Made by a program: the position numbers and the translations under genes. Positions 11,753-23,485 of a DNA stretch of 51,321 nucleotides are shown here, one piece after another (the first letter of the stretch is position 1; the number at the start of each line of letters is the position of its first letter). The notes beneath the pieces are model-generated. The model did no database searches and was not told the DNA's origin. It saw only the letters and a program-made list of their open reading frames with translations. The DNA is from Vermamoeba vermiformis (taxonomy: Eukaryota): contig JBEWZL010000054.1 in assembly GCA_045837725.1 (NCBI GenBank), positions 1 through 51,321 on the forward strand. The letters are read 5' to 3'.

Positions 11753-12748
11753 TTATTTTGGCATCATACAAATTTGTGTTGAAGATTGGATTTTGGATAA
11801 TAGTAACTGTTGTACATCTGGTGAGTAGTCTACCAATTCACGCTGTATGTCGTCGTCGGGATTAACGTGCAGTTGCAATAGTAACTCTTCAACAATGGCA
11901 GGTCTATTGTTTAAACAAGCACACCTTAAAATTACTTGCAATTGAATTGGCGTGAAACTTTTGTAATGAACAAGGACCTTGGTAGCTTCATCAAAGCCAT
12001 GCACTATTGCATGCCTCACATGTTCGGTAGTTAGTACAACTCGTCCATCGTTTAACAAAACTTTCAAGACCTTTGTTCTTTGGTAAGATAAGGCTGTTGC
12101 AAGCTCATATTCCGTTGGCTGCATTCTCGGGTCTGATATGACTAGTTCTACCATTTCATGATAGTCCTTCATAATTGCATCGTTGAGTGGTTGTCTAAAA
12201 TAAACGTAATCTCTTGTGTCATATAGTTGGGCTGTAGATGGATCCACGCGATTGTCCTGTAGTAGCAGCTTGACTTTGTCCAATTTGTTACGACACATTG
12301 CTAATCCTATAGCAAAATTCGTATCGTCGGCAGGATCAAATAACGGACAAGATAATAGGCAAGTGAAGGTTGCGGTTGTAGCTTTAAGAACGCCATAGGA
12401 AAGCACTGACAGCTTTCCATCTTTATATATTATCTTTACGCTGGGATCGAACTTTGGATGTTGAATTAACAGTTGTATGGCTTCTATAAAATCACAGTAA
12501 ATTGCCGCTTCCAGTGCACAATTATTGTTTGTCGAAGGCATTATATAAGGGCTTTTTAATAGCATTTCTACTGCCATAATATTTTCGTGTTCGATGTAAT
12601 TAATTATTAACTTATTCTGATCGTCGGTAGGATTATTTATTATATTTTGTAATGACCATTGATTGTATTGTTTATTTATTGTCAAAAATTCTTTTGGGCA
12701 GCTAGGTAAAATATGGTGCCGAATTATCTCGTCAGGTATTGTGTTCAT
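11753..12748 (-). CDS. Intronless ankyrin-repeat protein with F-box-like N-terminus
   Basis: First ATG at 12748 (the track start is TTG). IPDEIIRHHIL F-box-like start; repeats such as NFAIGLAMCRNKLDKVKLLLQDNRVDPS. Confidence 0.8.
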   Translation of the reverse strand: MNTIPDEIIRHHILPSCPKEFLTINKQYNQWSLQNIINNPTDDQNKLIINYIEHENIMAVEMLLKSPYIMPSTNNNCALEAAIYCDFIEAIQLLIQHPKFDPSVKIIYKDGKLSVLSYGVLKATTATFTCLLSCPLFDPADDTNFAIGLAMCRNKLDKVKLLLQDNRVDPSTAQLYDTRDYVYFRQPLNDAIMKDYHEMVELVISDPRMQPTEYELATALSYQRTKVLKVLLNDGRVVLTTEHVRHAIVHGFDEATKVLVHYKSFTPIQLQVILRCACLNNRPAIVEELLLQLHVNPDDDIQRELVDYSPDVQQLLLSKIQSSTQICMMPK

Positions 12749-12903
12749 TTCGGATTTCAACCTGTAAAATCTTGAAAAATTATCCTCGCATCTTGTGGGC
12801 TGTTTGCCTGGGTGGCGGCTATCCAATGTTAAATATCCAACGCAATTTTATGTAGCATGATGACACGCGTTGAAATTCGGCATTCACTTCAAACTTGCGG
12901 ATC

Positions 12904-15080
12904 ATGCAACACAAGAGCTTAGTTTTATTATTTAGTGCACTACTTTGCATTGAAGTAGCAATCTCTGGCACTACACATGTCGCTAGTGCGAAGAAGAGCA
13001 GACAACCGATTTGGATCAAGGAATCTGTTGCAGTTCTGTCAGACACAACCAATATAATTATTGCGCTCAAGCAGAGAAATTTAGATGTATTGGAAAAGAC
13101 GTTTTGGAGCGTGTCAGATCCGTTTTCAAAAGAGTATCAAAATTATTTATCGTTAGAAAAAATTACAGAATTAATTGCTCCTACTGAGGAGACTATTCGT
13201 CGAGTAATTAATTGGATTTCGATGCATATTGATCAAGTAAGTATTGTAGATTATTTATTTAATTATTTTTATTTTTGACGCTCGATCTCGTTTGACACGA
13301 TATTTTTTTGATAGGAAACGTCAATCAAAGTAACTAAGAGCAAAGATTTCATTGAAATTAAGAATGTTTCAGTGAAAGTAATCAATCGGATCTTGAACAC
13401 TCAACTGCACTATTACAGTCACGCTGAAATTAAGAGTGCTCGTGTTATAAGAGCCGAACAATATACAATTCCAGCGCCTATTGATCGACATGTTGATTTT
13501 ATTAGCGGCCTTATTGATTTCCCCTTAAAGAAATCTCAGTTCAAAGCTTTCGCGGATCAAGGTACGATCTGCGCTCAAATTTCCTTATATAGTAACATTA
13601 CTGTCTAGGTATTACTGTTACGCCCTCAACGATTTGGAATAGATATTCTTACAGTGGAATGTATGGCGGAAAGTCTTCATCAAACGCACAAGCTGTCACT
13701 GAATTTGGCGGTGGATCTTTCGGCCAATACTACAGTCCATCAGATCTGACCATTTTTCAGCAAAAATTCAACGTAATGGTCAATAACGTATCCAAATTAT
13801 ACGGAAAGAATGATCCTACTCAGCCAGCTGGCGAAGTACGAAAATGACATTTTGACACTTTGACACTTTACTCATTCTTTTGTTTGACAGGCCACGCTTG
13901 ACATCCAGTACATCATGTCATCAGCTCAAAATGTCTCCACGTGGTTCTGGGAAGAGTTCGGAACTGAAGTCGAGTGGATGACTCACAGTAAGTTCAGCAT
14001 CCGGAAGCTAATCACGTGTTAACATGGTACTATTTTTAGTCTCGGATACTCCCGATGCGCCTTGGGTTCATTCGGTCAGCTACAGTTTTGGCAATGAGAT
14101 CGACACGCCTGAGTCCTATTGGAATCGATTGAACGCTGAGTTTATTAAAGCTGGTGTTCGTGGAATTTCGCTCTTATTTGGCAGTGGCGACAGTGGAACA
14201 GGTAATGACCGGTAGATTGAATGAGAGGGCTCAACCGCATTCATGTAACAATCATTATAGGATTCCTTCAGACATATGTAGTGCTCTCTAAAGTGCTCCG
14301 TTAGTGCTTATTGTTAATATTGTTTATTAATAGGCAGTACCGGTTGGATTTTCTGCGATTCGTTCAACCCAGGATTTCCTGCGACAAGTCCGTACACGAC
14401 CGCTGTTGGCGCGACTTACTTAGAAGGTACAAACAATGTAGTATTAATTGTTTAATGACATTTTGTTAGCTGATTTAAAGACGGAGAACGCTGCAAGTTT
14501 CAGCGGCGGTGGATTTAGCACTTTCTTGCCGAGACCAAGTTATCAACAGAAAGCCGTCAATAGATACTTGACGTCGTTCAAGAGCCAGTTACCGTCATCT
14601 TCATATTATAACTCGTCGAATAGAGCATTTCCCGATGTAGCGTAAGTGGATTCGATTCCTAAATTTTAGATCCTGACATTTAGTTCAGTGTTTTGGGCAC
14701 AAACTATCAAATCGTCGTTACTGGTGGTGTATTCGGTGCTAGTGGCACTAGCGCATCAACTCCTACATTCGCTGGCATGATTGCTCTCATTAATGACGTA
14801 CTGTTGTCAAAGCCGAACGGCAAGCCACTTGGATTTTTGAATCCTTTATTATACAAGATTGCGGAGCTACACCCCGATGCATTCTTTGATATTACTAAAG
14901 GAAGTAACCCCGCCTCACCGTGCAGCGGTAAGTCCTAAAATAGAATTTTTCTGGATTCGTTTTGACATAAAATTTTTAGCTGGTTTTCCTGCAACTCCTG
15001 GCTGGGATGCAATCTCGGGTCTTGGTGCTCCTATAGTACCTAAGCTATTGCAATATATTCAAGAGATTGTCGATAAATAG
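12904..15080 (+). CDS. Secreted S53 peptidase, divergent paralog C (TPP1-like)
   Basis: Signal peptide; [49 protein letters not shown]. Confidence 0.93.
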
Positions 15081-15139
15081 ATAGATAGGTTTCGATCGCT
15101 AAATTTGGATCTCTTTTGAATTTACATTTATTGTCGATT

Positions 15140-17644
15140 TTATTCGCTGTACAACCGAAAATTATTTAATATAGTTTCAAAAGTTTCTATTAGTCGCTTT
15201 TCATGTTCTAATAAGCAAGCTAATGTTATTGTAAACGCGGATGTGTCGCTTACTAGTTGCACGTGCTTATATTTCATTGGCTTTGCTTGCTACGGAAAAA
15301 CAATTATTAATTAATTGCATTCATGAATGATTTAACTAACAACGCATCAATAGAGTAAAAATTATTCAGTAGCGACCACATCCAGCCGATAAACCAAATA
15401 TGACTTACCATATTTATATTCTCCATGACGTTATACGATATTGATTTAGTCTTGTGCCCGTTCAAACTTGAATTGTTAACAGCTAGGTCTTCTAATGTTG
15501 GTATTTCTTTTTGTAACTGGCCTAGCAGCTCATTCATGTAAAGATCGGGATCCAGTTTTCGGTCGTTCTGCTTATACCTGACGTTTAGTAGCACGACTGA
15601 ACCTACCATAATGTAGTGATTAATATCATGTATTATGATTTTAAAGCTGATTATAACGTCCGGATCCAGCTCGGACAATTTTCTTACGAAAAGATGAACC
15701 GAGCGCGTGACTTTCTAAATCAAAAAAATTTAATGCGTGCAAGCGTAAACAACTAACCAAAGCGCAATTTATCGCTGCGGATCATTATTTATGATTACAC
15801 AAGAGATGCGCATCATCCGCGGATCACGGTTAGTCTTACCTGAATAATCACCAATGCTATGAAGCGAGCCTAGCACCTCTTTTGGCTCAGACCAATCGGC
15901 AGGGATCGACACGCCAAAATTGGAGAATTTAGAATTGTATCGACGCCACTGCGAGGGACTCACTTAAATTTTAAAAATATTAGAGATCCAGTTTACGGTA
16001 AGTTCGCGATAAAATATAAATTTAGGAAGCGTAATGGGATTAAATATGATTTTTGGATGGATTTTGGATGTAATTGGTGGATACTGCCGTCCATCCAAAG
16101 GATGCATATTCGAAGCATGCCATAATTTAAAAATAACCGTTATGAAATTAATACCTAGTGTTTGAATAGAACCTATCCGGAATGGCGCCCCGGATGCAAT
16201 GCTCGGCAATGTGGATGGTTTGCTGGATGTATCGTCGGCTTTTGGGCTGGACCTAAACAGGTAATACTTATAAATTCTATTGTTACGTCGACTTTCAGAA
16301 ACATGAAAATATAGTTTAATCGCTAATTTAATCGTTTGCCTCGTTCTGAGATACAGATAGGCTATAAAAGGCAATATTCAGTTGTACTGCAAGATTAACC
16401 AAAATTAGATCCGAAAATTTCTAAACTTGCCTGAAACTCCGAAAGATATTGCTGTATGATTAACTAATTTCAAGACTTACTTGATCATTGGCGAGTTTAA
16501 GCTCTCGATCGACATAACGTCTTTCTTGCTTTCAGATGAGCTTTTGCTATCAAAATTTAACAGCGTAGATGCGGCTGAATTGACGTCGGATGTAGAGGTA
16601 AGATTATGAATGTTGGATTTATGCTGCCTCGTGCCATTCTTTTCGTCTTCCAAATCGCCAGGTGATTTACCATTTGTTGAATTGCCGTTCGGATTTGTGG
16701 ATGGCTGTTTTGGCGCCGGAAAAGTTTGGTGGAAATGCATATGTTGGCTATAGTCTACATCGTGGCTTATCGGGTGAGGAGGGAAATGAGGTTGATTCTG
16801 ACCATAAAAGGGCATTTGAGGAGCTGATCCGAATTGAGGGAGGATATAAATAGGTTGGTGGGGTCCGCTGACGGTTGGGAAGGTTGGTAAGACGTGGTCT
16901 GGCTTGGAGATATTGCTATTATTTACAAATACGGTGTTTGGGGTGTTCGGAGAAATATATTGGCTCGGAATTGAAACTTGTGATGTGAGGTTCGATCCGC
17001 TGAAAAAAGTATTGTGTACATTTGGCGCCATCGGCGGTTGGTTTAATGACATATTATAAGCTCTAGGGACTTCAGTAGACCTATAATTGAGAAAAACGGC
17101 TCGTTAATATGATTTGTGTTTTTCTAAATTTAGACAATAGGGGCACTTTCGATGCTTGCAATGAAAAATAAGATGATGTATCGTTTCTTTAAGAATCAAA
17201 ATATTAATTATCATCGGACAAAATCAGATCGGATCCTGGCGTCAAGGTTTTGATTCGAATTTCATAAATTTACGTGCCAATATTGCCAAATGCTTTTTTC
17301 ATCCGATTTTTTGAAATAATTCCTCTAACTATGAGCAAATTGATTTCAAATTGCGTCAATTTATCAATACGAGCAACTTACTGCTGAACGTTTTTCCAAA
17401 CCTCGCCGTCTGTGTTGTAACGAAATCCAGCGTCGTGCAAAACCATCAATATAACATTTTTAATTGCGCTCTTATTGTCCAGACCATAGTAATTGCGTAA
17501 ATTAGTGAGGATCTTGTGCAGATGCCGATCGATTCTAATTCTAACATCGTTATTCGGATCTACGTTCTTCTTTTGCTTTTTCAGATCGTGTCCTATATCT
17601 CCATCAGGGTCATCAGGTTCTTTCCTCTTTTGTGTTACTGACAT
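15140..17644 (-). CDS. ~484 aa protein: NLS + ribbon-helix-helix-like N-terminus, P/Q/N-rich middle, PsbP/Mog1/DcrB-like C-terminal domain
   Basis: Exons 17644-17382, 17080-16481, 16252-16155, 15962-15840, 15714-15688, 15602-15409 and 15289-15140 join in phase with GT-AG sites (1455 nt). Domain calls are by pattern only. Confidence 0.72.
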
Positions 17645-18107
17645 TGGTGTTCCTAAAGCATGTAATTGGATCCGTCGGAGGTGTGCTGATTCATTCAGTG
17701 ACACAAATATTCGATAACTGCACAGAAAAACTTAAAAAAAATCGTGTTTTCTCCCGCGGGACCAGTTTTTGGCCATTCCTTTTGTGTCGGCAACGCTTTC
17801 AAGTATTGTTCATAAAACGATTCAAATACCCGCCAGAAGTGGTCATAACTCTTCCTCTGACAATATGTTACGATAAATGTATTCACATTATTATATTAAT
17901 AGATGGAAATGCCAACGAAGCACGCGCCCAAAACAAATCATGATTTTTCATTGGATGAAATTCGGAAATTTTGCCTCGTGCGTGCCGCGTGCCCAATCTC
18001 ACTAAAATATCAAATCCACGAGCACGAGCATCACTTTATTCCGCAAAATAGATATTAAGCATCAACATCCATAGTTTCCTTTATTGTAACGAGCATCAGA
18101 TCTAGCG

Positions 18108-20185
18108 ATGATGGAACGCGTTATGAGCATGACGAGAAAATTTGTCTTAAGGCTTGAAGGTACGAATAAAATTTATACTTGCCACGGATTATACCAAATT
18201 AATTAGTTAACAAGAGGGTCGATTAAAAAATAACAATAACTTTAATTAATTAAATTGCTAATGCCCGAAAGATTCAAATTCAAAAGAAATAAATTGTACA
18301 TCCATCTTCAAATCATTTTACATATTTGGCATTTTTCGTTTCGTTTTTTGTCGACTTCACATCTGACACTCCGATCGCAGGTGCGTGGCGCAGCTCGGGC
18401 CGAACGAATGACGATTTGATATATCAGCTTAAGCGTAAGTCGATACTAATTATGAAACTGCAATAGAATAGAGAGATTTCTATAATCTTACCGAAAAAGT
18501 ATCGATTCGGGCTAATTATTTTTGTGGTGATATGTGGCGTCTCAAAACACAGACGGAAATGTTTATGTTTGGCGCCACCGCTGCAGTTTATCGAGAAGGA
18601 TGATCTTCAATCTCCGTTTGATCCTCCTATTAAATTATTAAGCGGAGTTTTCAGATCTAGCGCGTGTTCGATTTGCGTGTGATTGGTGACGTGGATGCAC
18701 AGTACATAATATACAATTGTTTCTATATTTATTGATTCGATGCTTGAATAGGCTTCAAGATCATTCAGAGCCCTGAAGTCGAACGGGCCATGCGCTCAGT
18801 AAAACGAGAGCATTTTTGTAGATCTCCTCAATTTGCTTACCGCGATGCTCCGCAAGCGATCGGTATGATATTCCGATACTATTATTAAGCTTATCCGAAT
18901 AGATGAAATTGGTACGAGTTATTAATAGTACTTGGGACCAGGCATGGGACAAACTATTAGTGCACCTCATATCCATGCTACGGCGTTAGAAGAGCTCAAA
19001 GACTGGCTCAGGTGCGTTATTTCTCTTAATATTCTTCATTACATAAAGCTAAAAAAAGACTCCGAGTCGTATGTGCTCGTAGTTTCCATTTCGAACGTTA
19101 ATAAGTCAAATCGTTCCGCAATATATCGTCCTTTATATAATATTACTACGGGTACGCTATATAACTTTTCTAGGCTTCGAAAAGCATCCATCAACTTCGT
19201 ATTTACTAAAAAAGGAATACCTTCGGCTAATCTATTAATCTTAGGCCTGGAAATAAAGCTCTAGACGTCGGTTCAGGTTCTGGATACCTATCAGCCTGCA
19301 TGGCAGTCATGGTAAGCAATTTTGAAGCAAGTAAATCATTCGCTCTAAATTTAGAAATTTCAACCGGTTAAGTCGCCGTTCTTTGAAGTAATATTGACGC
19401 CTTTCTCAGTAACATGAACCTATCATTCAATTTAAAGTCTTAACCTTCCTGCGGTTAAATTATCCTGAAGGGCAATTCATGAACGAAATGGATCCAATCT
19501 TTTGTGTGTCGAGATCAAAACCGTTCGTGAGGCATTTTAGCTCATTTTTGCCCGAGTTCGTTTAGCCTAGTATTAAGCCTTAGAGTAATAAGCGTCGTCA
19601 GTTCATAAGGTTCTGGTTGCAATACTCTTAACGGCTTTTCCATATTTGGCCCACCTATTGCCGATGATAGGCTAAAATTCATTAACTAGGTCTCACCTAA
19701 TGGTCGAGTCTACGGAATAGAACGCGTTGAGCCTCTGCTGCAGTGGTCACTCGAAAACGTTAAAAAGAGCATACCGAACTTGGTTGAGGATGGCGTTATT
19801 ACATTACAAAGTACGTCGTATTATAATCTAACGCGCAGTCTGAGTGCTATTTAGAATAGCTATTAATTTAATTATTTTCAAGCTGGTGACGGATGGAAAG
19901 GTCTGCCGGATAAAGGACCCTTCGACGCCATACACGTGGGTGCTGCTGCAGAAGGTACATGACATACTATAGATAATGCCTGTAATATATCGGTTCTAAT
20001 ATTATACGTATATTGTTTCAGAATTGCCTCAAGCGTTAGTCGATCAGTTGAAGAAAGGTGGCTGTATGATAATCCCTATCGGCAGAGAGTTTCAAGAGTT
20101 GTATAAGATCCGAAAAGATGATAAAGGACATGTAAGTAAACACAAATTGACCGATGTGGTCTTCGTACCGTTGGTCAAAGAATAA
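18108..20185 (+). CDS. PCMT1: Protein-L-isoaspartate O-methyltransferase
   Basis: AWRSSGRTN, GQTISAPHIHA, ALDVGSGSGYL, GDGWKG..GPFDAIHVGAAA, LVDQLKKGG, VVFVPL. The exact start exon is uncertain. Confidence 0.93.
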
Positions 20186-20281
20186 ATTTTTGGATTCGAA
20201 ACGAGTAGCTGTCATCTTGTCAAGAAAATTGTGCTTTGATTGCATGACGGTTATGCCAATATTTTTTAAACTCTGTCGAAA

Positions 20282-22875
20282 ATGATATCCACGGCAGCCG
20301 TGCCAAACTGGAATAGTGCGTTATATATCTCAACGAATGGAAATTTAAATCTGCGAGCTTCATCTGATAAAAAGATAACGCCACCCAAGCCACCCAAAGA
20401 AGCACCAAAGGAACTTAGAGTTAATGTAAATACTACCCGTTTATCAAATTTATTTAGTTAAACAACGTAATCTGCCGACGAGAGATAACGTTAATTTGTA
20501 AATCTCAACGCAGTCGATCACTGTTGCTAATTACGTGTTTTAAAGGCCAAATATGATTCCAAGGACCTTGGAGAATTGTTATTTCCTGTTGAAGTGACTG
20601 TAGAGAATGTCAAGGTATGTCGAAGTAATAATTTTTAATTATTCAATCGAATGAAATTTATTTATTTGCCAGTTTATTTAATAATGCATTTAAAAGAACA
20701 ATGCAATATTACCAGCGGCATTCTTAATTAATATATTGTAATTACTCGTAAATCCAATTTTACTAACGGATTGGTATTTCAGAGGGCAATTTTCCGCCAA
20801 TCAGATGTCCTAGATAACAAAAGTGTAGATGAATATTTTTTAGTAATAGAGGTACGTCGATTTTCGCTTTAATTGGCTCAGGCATCTAGCCGTTGTTGCC
20901 AATACGTAATGCTGACTATGGTTTCGTAGTACAAATCAAAGCTCACGCCTCTGACGGTAGAATTTATTCCAATTAGAGATAGGTACGGTTTAAAAGATGC
21001 TAACGCTCGGCAAGATCGAGATTGAACCTCGAAATTTAGATTCACGACGAAACACTTTCAATATGATTCCAATACTAATTTAACTGAATAATATAGCATT
21101 TAATTTACCATAGTACTATTACTTTCGTTAAATTCTCGTTTGGTTTAAGACGCCTTAGATCGTGTTTACTCGACCAATTCTCATTTTATTTCCGATAGCC
21201 ATGAAGTTGTTAGGAAGTGTATCAAGAAGAATGAGGTGCTAAACATCAATGTTGTCTCAAAGAACCCTGAAAAATCGACCAAAAAAGAATTTAAACGATT
21301 TGCAAGGTAAGCCAAACTGTCACCTTGATCTGATTTTGAAACTCCCGGAAAAATATTGCTGTGCTTCCAATTAGATAATATGTGTCTTTAACACGCACAC
21401 GTGATCACGATTAGCACCCAGTTAAATATTTGGGCAATTGCTTGCGATCGCTTCGTCCGATCGCGTAACCCGATCTTTTCTTAATTGAATGACGATAAGC
21501 CCTAGAAATCTTCAATATAATAGCGTTTTAAACGCTGATACATTAAGCGCATTTCATATGAAATTGCATCGGCGTGGTACCGGAAATAGCTTCGTTTTTA
21601 GGTCAAACATGGCAGACCTCTACCAGATCCGTGTACCTTGTCTACACGGCAATAGGGCAAAGATATTTATGAAAATGTTCCGAATATATTGCAAATTTAG
21701 CTTCTGCGTACGCACGGACACGTGGAACATTTGACACACGGGCCCGATTTAGCTCCTATTGAATTGAGAGACCTGACATTTGCCTCAATTCTCACTTACC
21801 CTCACTTGTAACGCTATATTAATCGCTTTGCATGTTATAGTATGCCTAGTATTCAACGACCCAAGCAAGGCAATTCGAATCCGAACATGTTGCAGAAGAA
21901 GTCCTCGTTTTTAAACAAAACTTCAGTCATTAGCGTAAGTGTGCATTTCATACATTGCAGTCATATACTTAATAATCCTAAATTATCAAAACTTTTCGTT
22001 AATTACGCACGCGTAAAAATAGTTCAGTTTCATCAAAGTGACGTATTCCCTGATTTGTTAGCTTTGCGCGAAATTGATTCGCCTATCAACTGTACCGCAG
22101 TATTAGGCAATATGGGTGCTTATTTAGGGCTTTTAAGCGTGCTTTAGTGCGCGGACCATTAATTGGAATCAGATCTGACTGTTAGTTTTAGCGCACGAGG
22201 ACGACGTGGACTTTAGATGCTCATAATGGACCAAATGCAGCTGCATCTAATGAAAACGCTGCAGAGAACAAGGATCTCGATGCCGAGCTCAAGCCGAAGA
22301 AGATCAGTTCCAAGTCCAAAAGTTCGCGGGGATTTTCCGGTATCAAATCAAAGAGCAAACTAAAGATGAGCGATGGCAATATTAAGAGGCACTCGGAGCA
22401 GATTCAGAATCCGTTTTATTTGGAAGAAACCGTTACAGAGCACGAAGAAGCATCACCGCAGACGGAGCCGCTAAAGAAGCGTGCTACAAGTAACCCCGCT
22501 CTTCCGGACAAAAGAGCCTCCGTCAAGTTACCTACAGAGACGTCTCCTCGCAAGGTTGATATCTCCGTGACTGTTGTTACACCGCCAAAGGACACGAAAG
22601 TGACGCAGATCACCGAACCATCCAGCAAACCCAATGAAGAGTTTGACAAGCTAGGCTCGAAGGAAAAGCTCATCGAAGACGATGTACCGAAGAAGAAGGA
22701 CAAGGAGAAGAAGAAGTCGTTTAGACGGAGCAAAAAGGAAGGTAACGAATAGTTTCAGATCCCAAACTTTTTTCGTTTGCAACTTCAAATCCGATCTTGA
22801 CCTCACATATTTCCTCAAGAAATATGGAGCTTATTACTGTACATAACTCTATTTATTGAATCGCGTGGTTTATAG
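20282..22875 (+). CDS. Hypothetical multi-exon protein with possible ubiquitin-like/RA-type domain and low-complexity K/S/E-rich tail
   Basis: Joined exons read ELRVNAKYDSKDLGELLFPVEVTVENVKRAIFRQSDVLDNKSVDEYFLVIE (beta-grasp-like pattern), then a long charged exon at ~22190-22741. The 3' end is uncertain (22752 or 22875). Confidence 0.5.
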
Positions 22876-23485
22876 AATAAATCACAATTTTGCAACCTGG
22901 GACGGAGATCATGTCACCGAAGTTGCTTGTGAAATATAACTCATACATAACTGTCCTGTTTGAGGCGACACCAACTGAGACAACAAAGTTAAAATGAGGT
23001 CAAAGTAATCAAAAACGGCTTTCGGTTCGTTGTGATTTTGGTTTAATTAATTAAATTTGTGCCCAGATCAAGCAAAAATTTACCGACATTAAAGTTGTAC
23101 TTTTACCGACAGTAACACTAGGCCTTAAAGATTTCGTAACACATGATTCGTTGCCAAGCTACGCTTGTGTATTTTGTTCCAAACGTATAATGAAATTGCG
23201 GCACAGCGCAACGCAAAACCCACAAATTTACCTGCCACGTGACAAATTTCGAAATCTCCGCTTTTTCTCTAACATTACAATGCGGTGCTGTATCTGGAGT
23301 TTAATCCCGCCCGTCAAAAGTTGTCAACAATTTTTGTGATTCACGACAGAATAAAATTCTGCGTCGCTTTCTCGCAATTAAATAACTGAAACAGATTAAA
23401 TTAAGCCACAAGAGGTTTTGTTTTGACCCGCAAAACTCTCGCCTTGTATTTTTAGCTAAGAACTAGGCTTAAAACAAAAGAACAG

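Noticed and set aside
14202-14333. Possible extra micro-exon in peptidase C
   Set aside because: The flanking exons already join in phase (SGDSGTG|STGW) as a single intron.
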